The notes beneath the pieces were generated by a model. The model was given only the letters and a program-made list of their open reading frames with translations, had not been told where the DNA came from and searched no databases. This document shows positions 18,334 to 27,796 of a DNA stretch of 64,000 bases, in pieces. Source of the DNA: Polaromonas sp. Lineage in GTDB: Bacteria; Pseudomonadota; Gammaproteobacteria; Burkholderiales; Burkholderiaceae_C. Position 1 is the stretch's first letter, and each line of letters starts with the position of its first letter. The stretch covers positions 543-64,542 of the forward strand of contig JANNYZ010000030.1 of assembly GCA_031410335.1 (NCBI GenBank), written 5' to 3'. A program made the position numbers and the translations under genes.

Positions 18334-18954
18334 ATGTTGAATCGCCGAACGTTTTCGTCTTCTGTGGCCCTGGCGACTTTCGCTGCTGGAACGCAACAAG
18401 CGCATGCCGCCGCTGCTGTCGGTCAGGCTGCGCCTGACTTCACGGCGACCGATACCTTGGGTAAAACCCACAAGCTGAGCGACTTCAAGGGCAAGCACGT
18501 GGTGCTGGAATGGACCAACCCCGGCTGCCCGTTTGTTGTCAAGCATTACGGCGGCAACATGCAGGCGCTGCAAAAAGAATTTACTGAAAAGGGCGTGGTC
18601 TGGCTGTCCATCACCTCCACCGAAAAAGGCAGCTACGAGTATTTCCCGCCTGCCAAAATGGCGAGCTGGGTCAACGACAAGCAGGCCAGGCCCACAGCGC
18701 TGCTGATGGACGAGCCAGGCAAAATTGGCCAGCTTTACAACGCCAAAACAACGCCGCACATGTACATAATCAACCCGCAGGGCGTGCTGGTGTACTCGGG
18801 CGCGATTGACAGTGTGTCCTCGGCCAGGGCAGAGGACATCAAAACCGCGACCAACTATGTGCGACAGGGATTAAATGAAGCCCTGAGCGGTAAGGCCATC
18901 AGCGTGGCGTCAACCCGCTCGTACGGTTGTTCCGTTAAGTACAAAGACGCATAA
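18334..18954 (+). CDS. Exported redoxin/peroxiredoxin-like protein (thioredoxin fold)
   Basis: AGGAG RBS; twin-arginine-like MLNRRTF leader; GQAAPDF, EWTNPGCPFV, AKTTPHMY, C-terminal YGCSVKY. Confidence 0.88.
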   Translation: MLNRRTFSSSVALATFAAGTQQAHAAAAVGQAAPDFTATDTLGKTHKLSDFKGKHVVLEWTNPGCPFVVKHYGGNMQALQKEFTEKGVVWLSITSTEKGSYEYFPPAKMASWVNDKQARPTALLMDEPGKIGQLYNAKTTPHMYIINPQGVLVYSGAIDSVSSARAEDIKTATNYVRQGLNEALSGKAISVASTRSYGCSVKYKDA

Positions 18955-18958
18955 AGCG

Positions 18959-19378
18959 ATGACACCCGGCCAGACCATCCAGCACATTCTGGCCGACTGC
19001 CACACTATCGCTGTGGTGGGTCTGTCGCCCAAGCCCCATCGCGTCAGCTTTGACATTGCCCGCTACATGCAGGCCTGCGGCTATCGTATCGTGCCCATCA
19101 ACCCGAACGCAGCCGTCCCGGAAATATTGGGCGAGAAGGTCTACGCCACATTGCGGGAAGCCAGCGAGGTTGAAAAGATCGATCTGGTCAATTGCTTCAG
19201 AAACAGCCCGGACATTCCCCCTGTTGTTGATGAAGCAATAGCCATCGGTGCCAAAGCCGTGTGGATGCAGCTGGGAATTTCCCACCCCGCAGCCGCCGCC
19301 AAAGCGCAGGCGGCAGGCTTGTGGGTGGTGCAGGACCGCTGCCTGAAAATTGACCATCGGGCCCTGCCTGCCGCCTAG
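18959..19378 (+). CDS. CoA-binding domain protein (YccU-like)
   Basis: TIAVVGLSPKPHRVS, IVPINP, VWMQLGI, VVQDRC. Confidence 0.9.
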   Translation: MTPGQTIQHILADCHTIAVVGLSPKPHRVSFDIARYMQACGYRIVPINPNAAVPEILGEKVYATLREASEVEKIDLVNCFRNSPDIPPVVDEAIAIGAKAVWMQLGISHPAAAAKAQAAGLWVVQDRCLKIDHRALPAA

Positions 19379-19428
19379 TCAGCCGCAGTGCTGACTGAAA
19401 ATCAGCCTAAAGGTCGTTAAAGTAAGGC

Positions 19429-20190
19429 ATGCCAAGCCTGCTGAACCATCACCCGCGTATCAAGCAAGGCCGGACGGGGATGGTTTGCCTGCTGACACTG
19501 TTACTCGCCGGCTGCGGCGTCGCTCCCCCCGCACCTACCTCGCGCGGCGAAGCGCCTGCCGCGCCCATGACGTCGAGTGAGTTGGCGCAGTCCGATGTCA
19601 ACCGCATGGCCACACTGGGCATGCGTGACAACCTGGCCAGCTTGAACTTGCTGGCCGACAAGCTATACCGCCGCAATCCTGCCGAATGGCGCAAGGTTCA
19701 ACCGACGCGCGAGGCTGCGTTGGCCAAGCTCAAAACGGCCATTGACACCAACATGCCGTGGCCCGAGTTGCAAGGCAAACGTGACATCGCGGCACTGTCG
19801 CTGGCCCTTGGCCCGGACTTCAAGGGCGACAGGGTGGCTGCCTTTATCGCGGCCAGTGCAGACATGCTGGTGACAGCTCACGGAAACAAAACCACCTTTT
19901 ACCTGACCGACCCGCTCGACGCGCAATACATTTATAACGCTGCCCGCAACATTGAAATTGCGGTGTGGCTGTTGGCCAGCCGCAAAAATGCACAGGGCCT
20001 GCCCCTGTTACTGTCTGACGAGATCAATGACCGCGAGCGCAATCTGAGCTTTGAGCGCGAGTTTGGCAAAATCATCGGTAGGCTGGATTTGCTGTCTGCA
20101 GTGCTGACAGAAAAGTACCGCCGCGCGGTCATTACCTATGTGCAAAACCTGCTGGGCGGCACCTTCTTACAATTCTTGCCTGTACGCTAA
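19429..20190 (+). CDS. Hypothetical lipoprotein
   Basis: Lipobox LLLAGC followed by a helical domain; coherent codon usage. The start may be 19480. Confidence 0.7.
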   Translation: MPSLLNHHPRIKQGRTGMVCLLTLLLAGCGVAPPAPTSRGEAPAAPMTSSELAQSDVNRMATLGMRDNLASLNLLADKLYRRNPAEWRKVQPTREAALAKLKTAIDTNMPWPELQGKRDIAALSLALGPDFKGDRVAAFIAASADMLVTAHGNKTTFYLTDPLDAQYIYNAARNIEIAVWLLASRKNAQGLPLLLSDEINDRERNLSFEREFGKIIGRLDLLSAVLTEKYRRAVITYVQNLLGGTFLQFLPVR

Positions 20191-20242
20191 GGCGCACGCT
20201 CAACATTACGCTGAAAATCCACCCCAAGAGACAAGTCACAAC

Positions 20243-21340
20243 ATGTACGCACCGCTCCAAAACGACACCTTCATCCGCGCGTGCATGCGCCAGGCCACCG
20301 CCCATACGCCCGTCTGGCTAATGCGGCAAGCGGGTCGCTATTTGCCTGAATACCGGGACACCCGCGCCAAGGCCGGCAGCTTCATGGGCCTGGCCACCAA
20401 TACCGACTACGCCACCGAGGTCACGTTGCAGCCACTGGAGCGCTACAAGCTGGACGCGGCCATTTTGTTCAGCGATATCCTGACCATCCCCGACGCGATG
20501 GGCCTCGGCCTGAGTTTTGCCTTGGGCGAAGGCCCCAAGTTTGCCCACAACGTGCGCGACGAAGCCGCTGTTGCCAAGCTGGCTGTGCCCGACATGGCCA
20601 AGCTGCGCTATGTGTTTGATGCGGTCACGTCCATCCGCAAAGCTCTCAATGGCCGTGTGCCGCTGATCGGCTTTTCAGGCAGCCCATGGACGCTGGCCTG
20701 TTATATGGTCGAAGGCGCAGGCTCTGACGACTACCGGCTGGTCAAAACCATGATGTACCAGCGGCCTGACCTGATGCACAAAATGCTGGCCATCAATGCG
20801 GACTCCGTGGCTGCTTACCTCAATGCTCAAATTGAAGCCGGCGCGCAAGCGGTGATGATTTTTGACAGCTGGGGCGGTGTGTTGGCCGATGCGGCGTTCC
20901 ATGAGTTCAGCTTGGCTTACACCAAGCGCGTGCTGTCCCAGATCAAGCGCAGCCATGACGGCGTAGTCATTCCGCGCCTGGTGTTTACAAAAGGCGGCGG
21001 ATTATGGCTGGAGGCCATGGGTCAGCTCGACTGCGAGGTGCTGGGTCTGGACTGGACAGTGAATTTGGGCAAGGCGCGCGCTCAAGTGGGCCACAAGATG
21101 GCCTTGCAGGGCAACCTCGACCCCAATGTGTTGTTTGCCAACCCGACTCAGGTCGAAGCCGAGGCGATCAAGGTGCTGGACAGCTTTGGCAAACCCCACA
21201 CGGATGCCCAAACCACAGGCCCCACCCATATTTTCAATCTTGGCCATGGCATCAGCCAGTTCACGCCGCCTGAAAACGTCGCTGTGCTGGTTGACGCGGT
21301 ACATGCGCATTCGCGCAAAATGCGTGCTGCTGCGGCCTAG
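20243..21340 (+). CDS. hemE: Uroporphyrinogen decarboxylase
   Basis: Start at ATG 20243; [44 protein letters not shown]. Confidence 0.97.
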   Translation: MYAPLQNDTFIRACMRQATAHTPVWLMRQAGRYLPEYRDTRAKAGSFMGLATNTDYATEVTLQPLERYKLDAAILFSDILTIPDAMGLGLSFALGEGPKFAHNVRDEAAVAKLAVPDMAKLRYVFDAVTSIRKALNGRVPLIGFSGSPWTLACYMVEGAGSDDYRLVKTMMYQRPDLMHKMLAINADSVAAYLNAQIEAGAQAVMIFDSWGGVLADAAFHEFSLAYTKRVLSQIKRSHDGVVIPRLVFTKGGGLWLEAMGQLDCEVLGLDWTVNLGKARAQVGHKMALQGNLDPNVLFANPTQVEAEAIKVLDSFGKPHTDAQTTGPTHIFNLGHGISQFTPPENVAVLVDAVHAHSRKMRAAAA

Positions 21341-21726
21341 CTTGCTAGCTATTTGTGACCAAGCACATCCTGCATGCATTTTTCAGGCGCCCCTAGCACA
21401 CATATGGGCAAGGGTGTTGTGACTTATGCACAAAATTTGTGCTGCAGTGCAGTAGGAAAGCGCCTACAGTGCTTCTATCGCTATCAAAGCCATAGCGCTT
21501 CTAAGTTGTTGATTTATATAGACTTCTTAAAATGCTTTTTTTACGGGCAATCTGGCGAAAGCCTTGATTTACAAGGCCTTCAGCGGTATGGGGGTAATCT
21601 ATCAACAAAGTTATCCACAGAAAAAGTGGGCTTCTTCAAAGCACTTGTAAATCAAGCACTTAGCGCGCTCTTTGCATGTGTTTCCAAAGAAGTGCCAACA
21701 ATTTCACACCAATTTGAACTCTGCGT
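21341..21726. other. Candidate chromosomal replication origin (oriC)
   Basis: Perfect DnaA box TTATCCACA (21611-21619), one-mismatch box TTATGCACA (21424-21432), two perfect IHF consensus sites (21502-21514 on minus, 21650-21662 on plus), one near-perfect site (21557-21569) and an AT-rich stretch at about 21500-21545. Confidence 0.6.
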
Positions 21727-23826
21727 ATGACCCATTGGCTAAGCGTTGTGGTGGCGACGCCTGCCCACAGTGCGGTTGCGGGGCCTCTGACCTACAGAAG
21801 TGAGTTGCCACTTGCCCCCGGCACTTTGGTGCGCGTACCCCTGGGCCGGCGTGAAGTACTGGGCGTGGTCTGGGAAAGCGCTGCCGACAGTGGCGGCCTG
21901 CTGGAAATGCAGACCAAAAACGTCGCGGGTGTGCTCGACGGCCTGGCGCCACTAAACGCGAACTGGCGGGCACTGGTCAGCTTTACAGCCAGTTACTACC
22001 AGCGCTCTTTGGGTGAAGTGGCGCTGGCCGCGCTGCCGCCGCAGTTGCGGGAACTGACCGGCCTACAACTCGCCAGGCGTTTGAAACGCCCTGTTCTAGA
22101 CACCAGCCACGCGCCGGGCGCGACTGACCTCATCGCGCTAAGCGCACAACAACAAACGGCCCTGACCGGATTCGAGGCTGAAAACAGCGAAAAAAAGCGA
22201 CCCGCACTGCTGTTTGGCGCCACAGGCAGCGGCAAAACCGAGGTGTATCTGCGTCTGGCGGCCCAAGTACTGGCGCAAGATTCGTCAGCGCAGGTCTTGG
22301 TGATGGTGCCCGAGATCAACCTCACACCGCAGCTGGAAGCGCGCTTTGCAGAGCGCTTTGCCCACCTAGGTAGCGAACGCGTGGTGGCGCTACACAGCGG
22401 CCTCACGCCCGCCCAGCGCCTGAAAAGTTGGTTGGCCGCCCATTCAGGCAACGCCCGTTTGATCTTGGGTACCCGCATGGCTGTGCTGGCGTCCATGCCC
22501 AGCCTCAAACTGATCGTGGTCGATGAAGAGCACGACCCCAGCTACAAGCAGCAGGAAGGCGCACGCTATTCAGCACGTGACCTGGCGGTGTACCGCGCCA
22601 GCATTCACGATGATTGTCGGGTGCTGCTGGGTTCAGCCACGCCGTCTCTGGAGAGTTGGCAGGCGACGATCAGCGGCAAGTACCAGCTCTTGAAAATGGA
22701 TGAGCGGATTGGCTCAGGCATTGACTCCGGCGGTTTGCCAACAGTCCGGGGTGTCGACATGAACCACCAGCCCAAGCACTGCGTGATTGCCCCGCCGCTG
22801 GTCAAAGCCATTGAAGAACGCATCGATAGAGGCGAGCAGTCGCTGATTTTTCTCAACCGCCGCGGCTATGCCCCCGTGCTGGCTTGCCAAGACTGCGGCT
22901 GGAAGAGTGAATGCCCGCATTGCAGCGCCTACCGCGTGTTTCACAAAATCGACCGCACCCTGCGCTGCCACCACTGCGGCTTTACCGAGCGCGTGCCGCG
23001 CGCCTGCCCTGCCTGCGGCAATATCGACATTGCACCTGTGGGCCGTGGAACGGAACGACTGGAAGAACACCTGGCCGAGTTGCTGGCTAACGTCAAGCGA
23101 CCCGACGGCAGCCCCGTGTGCATCGCGCGGATTGATGCCGACAGCACCCGATTAAAAGGCGCCCTGCAATCACAGCTGGCCAGCGTGCATGCTGGCGAGG
23201 TCGATGTGCTGGTCGGTACCCAGATGATCGCCAAGGGCCACGACTTCAGGCACATCACGCTGGTGGCCGCCATCAACCCCGACGGGGCGCTTTTTTCAAG
23301 CGACTTTCGGGCGCCTGAGCGTTTGTTCAGCCTCTTGATGCAAGCCGGTGGTCGGGCCGGCCGCGATGCCGCCCGCAGCGGCGCAAGTGAAATGTGGGTA
23401 CAAACCTTTCACCCCACACATCCGCTGTTTGCAGCGCTTAAAACGCACGACTACCGAAAATTTGCCGCCCAGCAACTGGAAGAACGCCAAGCCGCAGGCT
23501 TGTCACCGTTCGGCTTTTCAGCATTGATCCGCGCCGAAGCCAAAGCACAGGACGTGGCGCAGGGCTTTTTAAACGCAGCGATAGCCGCAGCGTTGGCGGC
23601 TGAGCTGGAAGGCCACAATCACATCACCGCCTACCCGGCAGTCCCCATGACCATCCAGCGAGTCGCCAACATCGAGCGCGCACAAATGCTGGTGGAAAGC
23701 GCATCACGCACTGCCTTGCAACGCTTTTTAGCCGCGTGGCAGCCCGTGCTGTTCGAGACGCGAAAGCAGGGCGACTTCAAGAGCCTGATTCGCTGGGCGA
23801 TTGATGTGGATCCACTGGCGATTTGA
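21727..23826 (+). CDS. priA: Primosomal protein N'
   Basis: GATGSGKTEVY, VPEINLTPQL, DEEHD, two CxxC pairs of the Zn region, GTQMIAKGHDF. Confidence 0.97.
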   Translation: MTHWLSVVVATPAHSAVAGPLTYRSELPLAPGTLVRVPLGRREVLGVVWESAADSGGLLEMQTKNVAGVLDGLAPLNANWRALVSFTASYYQRSLGEVALAALPPQLRELTGLQLARRLKRPVLDTSHAPGATDLIALSAQQQTALTGFEAENSEKKRPALLFGATGSGKTEVYLRLAAQVLAQDSSAQVLVMVPEINLTPQLEARFAERFAHLGSERVVALHSGLTPAQRLKSWLAAHSGNARLILGTRMAVLASMPSLKLIVVDEEHDPSYKQQEGARYSARDLAVYRASIHDDCRVLLGSATPSLESWQATISGKYQLLKMDERIGSGIDSGGLPTVRGVDMNHQPKHCVIAPPLVKAIEERIDRGEQSLIFLNRRGYAPVLACQDCGWKSECPHCSAYRVFHKIDRTLRCHHCGFTERVPRACPACGNIDIAPVGRGTERLEEHLAELLANVKRPDGSPVCIARIDADSTRLKGALQSQLASVHAGEVDVLVGTQMIAKGHDFRHITLVAAINPDGALFSSDFRAPERLFSLLMQAGGRAGRDAARSGASEMWVQTFHPTHPLFAALKTHDYRKFAAQQLEERQAAGLSPFGFSALIRAEAKAQDVAQGFLNAAIAAALAAELEGHNHITAYPAVPMTIQRVANIERAQMLVESASRTALQRFLAAWQPVLFETRKQGDFKSLIRWAIDVDPLAI

Positions 23827-23850
23827 TCCGCGGGTCAAACCCAAACTGCA

Positions 23851-24804
23851 TCACGTTAACAGCGCTACCGCGCCAGAAAAAGTAAAAAACGCCAACACCG
23901 TTGACAGCAAAATAATCCGCGCAATCCGCCCGTTGTCGGCGTTAAAGCGCTCGGCCAGCAGGGCCACGTTGCTGGCGCTTGGCAGGGCTGCTACCAGTAC
24001 CACCACTGTCAGGGCGAAATGGTCCAGCGGCAAACCCATGCGGATAGCGGTCAGTCCCATCATCAGCAGCAATACAGGGTGCAGCACCAGCTTGATCAGC
24101 ACCACCGGCAAATAATCATCAAGCGGTGTTCCACGCGTGCTGTTGGCTTGCGACCGGGCCAGCACCGCACCAATCGTGAACAATGCCACCGGCGATGCGG
24201 CATCGGCCAGCAGGCCCACGGTTTGCATCACGGGCAGCGGCAGCGTCAATTCAAAAGCCGACGCCAGTGCGCCACCCAAAATCGCCCACGGCATCGGGTT
24301 CATGGCCACGCCTTTGAGCGCGGTTTTAGCCGCCACACTCGCACCATGGCTGCCTGCTGCATCCAACCGCGACAGTGCAATGCACAGCGAGCTTGTCACC
24401 ACCAGGTCAATCACAATCGTCACAATTGCCGGGCCTGCCGCCTTAGCCCCCAGCAAAGCCACCAGCAGTGGCACGCCCATGAAACCCGTGTTGGGGAAGG
24501 CGGCCACCAGCGCGCCAAACGAGGCATCGTTCCAGCCGATATGGCCCCGGTGCGTGACGGCAGTCGTGAAACCCACCATCACCAGTGCACAAGCCAGGTA
24601 TACCGCCACCAGACTGCCATCGAGCAACTGCGCAATCGGCGTGCTGCTGCCAAAGCGGTATAGCAGACATGGCAGCGCAAAGTACAGCACAAAGGTGTTC
24701 AAACCCGGAATCGCCACCTGCGGCAGCCATCCGCGCCGCGCCGCGACATAGCCGCACAAAACCAGCGCAAAAAAGGGAAAGGTGACGAGAAGAATGGCGA
24801 GCAT
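23851..24804 (-). CDS. AEC (auxin efflux carrier) family transporter
   Basis: FALPCLLY, FPNTGFMGVP, ALPSASNV; about 10 TM segments. Confidence 0.9.
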   Translation of the reverse strand: MLAILLVTFPFFALVLCGYVAARRGWLPQVAIPGLNTFVLYFALPCLLYRFGSSTPIAQLLDGSLVAVYLACALVMVGFTTAVTHRGHIGWNDASFGALVAAFPNTGFMGVPLLVALLGAKAAGPAIVTIVIDLVVTSSLCIALSRLDAAGSHGASVAAKTALKGVAMNPMPWAILGGALASAFELTLPLPVMQTVGLLADAASPVALFTIGAVLARSQANSTRGTPLDDYLPVVLIKLVLHPVLLLMMGLTAIRMGLPLDHFALTVVVLVAALPSASNVALLAERFNADNGRIARIILLSTVLAFFTFSGAVALLT

Positions 24805-24840
24805 GTGGAAAAAGCGGTGATTTGGGTAATTTGTTGTAAC

Positions 24841-24894
24841 GCTATCAAATAAATAGCTGCTCGCGCACGATTTTATTCGTCTGAAGGCCTAAAA
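24841..24894 (+). repeat. Dispersed repeat, copy 6 (intergenic)
   Basis: GCTAT-CAAATAA-ATAGC-TGCTCGCGCACGATTTTATTCGTCTGAAGGCCTAAAA. Confidence 0.8.
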
Positions 24895-25112
24895 CAGGGG
24901 TGAAAAGACCAGTTTTCGGGCTTTTTGGCGCGTTCAGGGCCTGCCAGGCTTGTTTCAGGCGCTCCTACACGGTCGCCAGACCGTCATTTGTGTCTGGTGT
25001 CAGTGACAGCAACCCATGGGCAGCACCAACTGCCCGTTATGATTTGAAGCCAGCCCTTATGAATCTTTCTGCAGCGTCCCCGCCAGAACCCACTCCCGAA
25101 TCGACTCCCTGA

Positions 25113-27251
25113 ATGCTTGAACCCCTGGCCGACGGCCTGAACTTGGCCCAGCAAGAAGCTGTTAACTATTTTGAAGGCCCTTGCCTCGTGCTGGCTGGTG
25201 CTGGGTCAGGCAAAACGCGGGTGATCACCCACAAGATTGGGCGACTGATTCAGTCGGGCCTGAAGGCTGAGCAGATCGCGGCCATCACCTTTACCAACAA
25301 AGCCGCTGCCGAGATGCGGGAGCGGGCCAAAAAACTGATTGGCCGGCCCGCCAAGGGCGTACTGATTTGCACTTTTCACTCGCTGGGCATGCGCATGCTC
25401 CGGCAAGACGGCGAGGTGCTGGGTTTAAAGAAGCAGTTTTCGATTCTGGACACCGACGACGTGACCAGCATCATCAAGGACGCGGGTGGCGGCACCGATG
25501 CAGCCACCGCGCGGCAGTGGCAGTGGACGATCAGTCGCTGGAAGAACATGGGGCTCAATTCATCACAGGCCGCAAGCATTGCCAGCGGTGAAGAAGAAGC
25601 GCTGACCGCCCGCATCATGGCGCGCTATGAAGAGCGCTTGACGGCCTACCAGAGCGTGGACTTTGACGACTTGATTGGCTTGCCGCTCAAGCTGCTGAAA
25701 GAGCACGATGCGGTGCGTACCAAGTGGCAGGAATCGTTGGGTCATGTGCTGGTCGATGAATACCAGGACACCAACGCCACCCAGTACGAGGTGCTGAAGT
25801 GTTTGGTGGGCGAACGCGGCCGATTCACCGCTGTGGGTGACGATGACCAGTCGATCTACGGCTGGCGCGGTGCCACGCTGGACAACCTGAAAAAACTGCC
25901 GGTGGACTACCCGAATTTGAAAGTGGTGAAGCTGGAGCAAAACTACCGCTCGACCAGCGCTATTTTGCGTGCCGCCAACAACGTGATTGGCCCCAACCCC
26001 AAGCTCTTTTCTAAAACGTTGTTTAGCGAGCTGGGTGAAGGCGAGCCGGTGCGGGTGGTGGATTGCGACAGCGAAGAACACGAAGCCAGCCGCGTGGTGG
26101 CGCGTATCCAGAGCCTGCGGGCTGAGGGCACGCTGCAAGCCGCAGGCGGCCAATACCGCGAATGGAAAGACTTTTGCGTGTTGTACCGCGCCAACCACAT
26201 GGCCAAGCCGTTTGAAAAAGCTTTTCGCAAAGCCAACATCCCGTACAAGGTGTCGGGCGGGCAAAGCTTTTTTGACCGGGCCGAGATCAAGGACCTGTGC
26301 TGCTGGCTGCGCCTGCTGGCCAACAACGACGACGACCCGGCCTTCATGCGCGCCGTGACCACGCCCAAGCGCGGCATTGGCCACACCACGCTGGGCACGC
26401 TAGGCACCTTTGCCAGCCAGTACAAACTCAGTTTGTTTGAAGCGCTGTTCAGCCACTCGCTCAGCTCGGTGCTGCCTGCCAAGGCGCTGGCGTCGCTCAA
26501 TGAGTTTGGCCGCTACCTGAACGACCTGGAATACCGCGCCAAACGCACGGTGGGAGCAGAGGATGCGCTGGTGTTTTTAAAAGACTGGCTGAAAGAAATC
26601 GACTACGAAAAGAATCTGTACGACGGCGAAGACAGCGAAAAAATAGCCGCCGCCAAATGGACCAACGTGATGGACTTTTGCGAATGGATGGCGCAGCGCT
26701 GTGGTGGGCAGGACGATGATGAAGCTGTGGGCGCTGTGATGGCCAAACCAACCAAGACCATGCTCGAAGTCGTGCAAAGCATCGCGCTGCTGTCAACCCT
26801 GAGCGAACGCGAAGGCGACCAGAACGTGGTGACCCTGTCTACCCTGCACGCCGCCAAGGGGCTGGAGTGGCCGCATGTGGTGCTGGCGGGCGTCAACGAA
26901 GGCTTGCTGCCCTTCAAGATGGACGACGACGATGGCAACAATACGGACGACATCGCCCTGCGCCTGCAGGAAGAGCGCCGTCTGATGTACGTTGGCATCA
27001 CGCGCGCGCAACGTACCCTCAGCGTGAACTGGCTGCGCCGCCGCAAAAAAGGCCGCGACACAATTGCCGGATTGCCCAGCCGGTTCATTGCCGAGATGGC
27101 GCTCAATAAGGACACGGTGCGTGAAGACCCGCGCGAAAAAATCAAGGCGTTGCGGGCTGAATTTGCGCAGCGTGCGCTGGATGCCGCCGCTGCCCAAGCG
27201 ACGACCCAAGCTGCGACGCTGGAGACAGCGCATGGTCCTGCTTGGGAATGA
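25113..27251 (+). CDS. rep: ATP-dependent DNA helicase Rep (UvrD/Rep family)
   Basis: AGAGSGKTRVI, TFTNKAA, VDEYQDTN, VGDDDQSIYGWRGA, LEQNYRS, EERRLMYVGITRA; located near priA. Confidence 0.9.
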   Translation: MLEPLADGLNLAQQEAVNYFEGPCLVLAGAGSGKTRVITHKIGRLIQSGLKAEQIAAITFTNKAAAEMRERAKKLIGRPAKGVLICTFHSLGMRMLRQDGEVLGLKKQFSILDTDDVTSIIKDAGGGTDAATARQWQWTISRWKNMGLNSSQAASIASGEEEALTARIMARYEERLTAYQSVDFDDLIGLPLKLLKEHDAVRTKWQESLGHVLVDEYQDTNATQYEVLKCLVGERGRFTAVGDDDQSIYGWRGATLDNLKKLPVDYPNLKVVKLEQNYRSTSAILRAANNVIGPNPKLFSKTLFSELGEGEPVRVVDCDSEEHEASRVVARIQSLRAEGTLQAAGGQYREWKDFCVLYRANHMAKPFEKAFRKANIPYKVSGGQSFFDRAEIKDLCCWLRLLANNDDDPAFMRAVTTPKRGIGHTTLGTLGTFASQYKLSLFEALFSHSLSSVLPAKALASLNEFGRYLNDLEYRAKRTVGAEDALVFLKDWLKEIDYEKNLYDGEDSEKIAAAKWTNVMDFCEWMAQRCGGQDDDEAVGAVMAKPTKTMLEVVQSIALLSTLSEREGDQNVVTLSTLHAAKGLEWPHVVLAGVNEGLLPFKMDDDDGNNTDDIALRLQEERRLMYVGITRAQRTLSVNWLRRRKKGRDTIAGLPSRFIAEMALNKDTVREDPREKIKALRAEFAQRALDAAAAQATTQAATLETAHGPAWE

Positions 27252-27754
27252 CCATGAAGCGCCAGACATTCAAATCAATTGCTATATTGTTAATAGCTGC
27301 TAGCGCACATATAAATTGGGCTAGAGCTCAAAACAACCTCCAAAACCAGCTCAAACCAGCCTGTCCGGCGCCCAAAACCGTCAAAGCGCAGCAGCTCTAT
27401 GGTGTTTGGCAAGTCACCTTCACTGACCCGCCTGCTGGAATGCCCGCCAGGGCCGTCATGCTGCTGGAAAAGCATGAAGAATTTGCCGACAGCCTGGCGG
27501 GCATCGTCAGCCGTGACCCGGTCACGGCCACCGGTCATGCCGCCAAGGCCGCCTTGGCAGGTGATGTCGACGACGGCTTTGTGATTCTGGACGAGTCCAG
27601 CGACAACATCAGCATTTCTGGCACCTGGAACGGCGAGCTGGTGCAAAGCAGTTGTGGCCGTGAAGTCAAAGGCGTGTGGAAAGACACCAGTGCCACTGCA
27701 TTGCCTGATGCGCCCGATGTGCCGTTCACCATGGTCAAGCGTCCGGGCTGGTAA
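27248..27754 (+). CDS. Hypothetical exported protein
   Basis: ATGA overlap with the rep stop; signal peptide ending ARA|Q; beta-rich domain (LYGVWQV...ISGTWNG). Confidence 0.7.
   Translation: MTMKRQTFKSIAILLIAASAHINWARAQNNLQNQLKPACPAPKTVKAQQLYGVWQVTFTDPPAGMPARAVMLLEKHEEFADSLAGIVSRDPVTATGHAAKAALAGDVDDGFVILDESSDNISISGTWNGELVQSSCGREVKGVWKDTSATALPDAPDVPFTMVKRPGW
27281..27335 (+). repeat. Dispersed repeat, copy 7, encoding a signal peptide core
   Basis: GCTAT-ATTGTTA-ATAGC-TGCTAGCGCACATATAAATTGGGCTAGAGCTCAAAA = AILLIAASAHINWARAQ. Confidence 0.8.
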
Positions 27755-27796
27755 TTTGAGGCTGACGCGGCTGCTCTTGGCAGCGCTTGGCAATGA

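Noticed and set aside
21347-21395. Possible very degenerate repeat copy just after hemE (GCTATTTGTGACCAAGC...)
   Set aside because: The head palindrome is broken and the downstream match is weak.
25059-25112. In-frame 17-codon ORF (MNLSAASPPEPTPESTP*) abutting the rep start as TGA-ATG
   Set aside because: Rep is complete from 25113 and there is no evidence for readthrough. It may be chance or a lost N-terminal extension.
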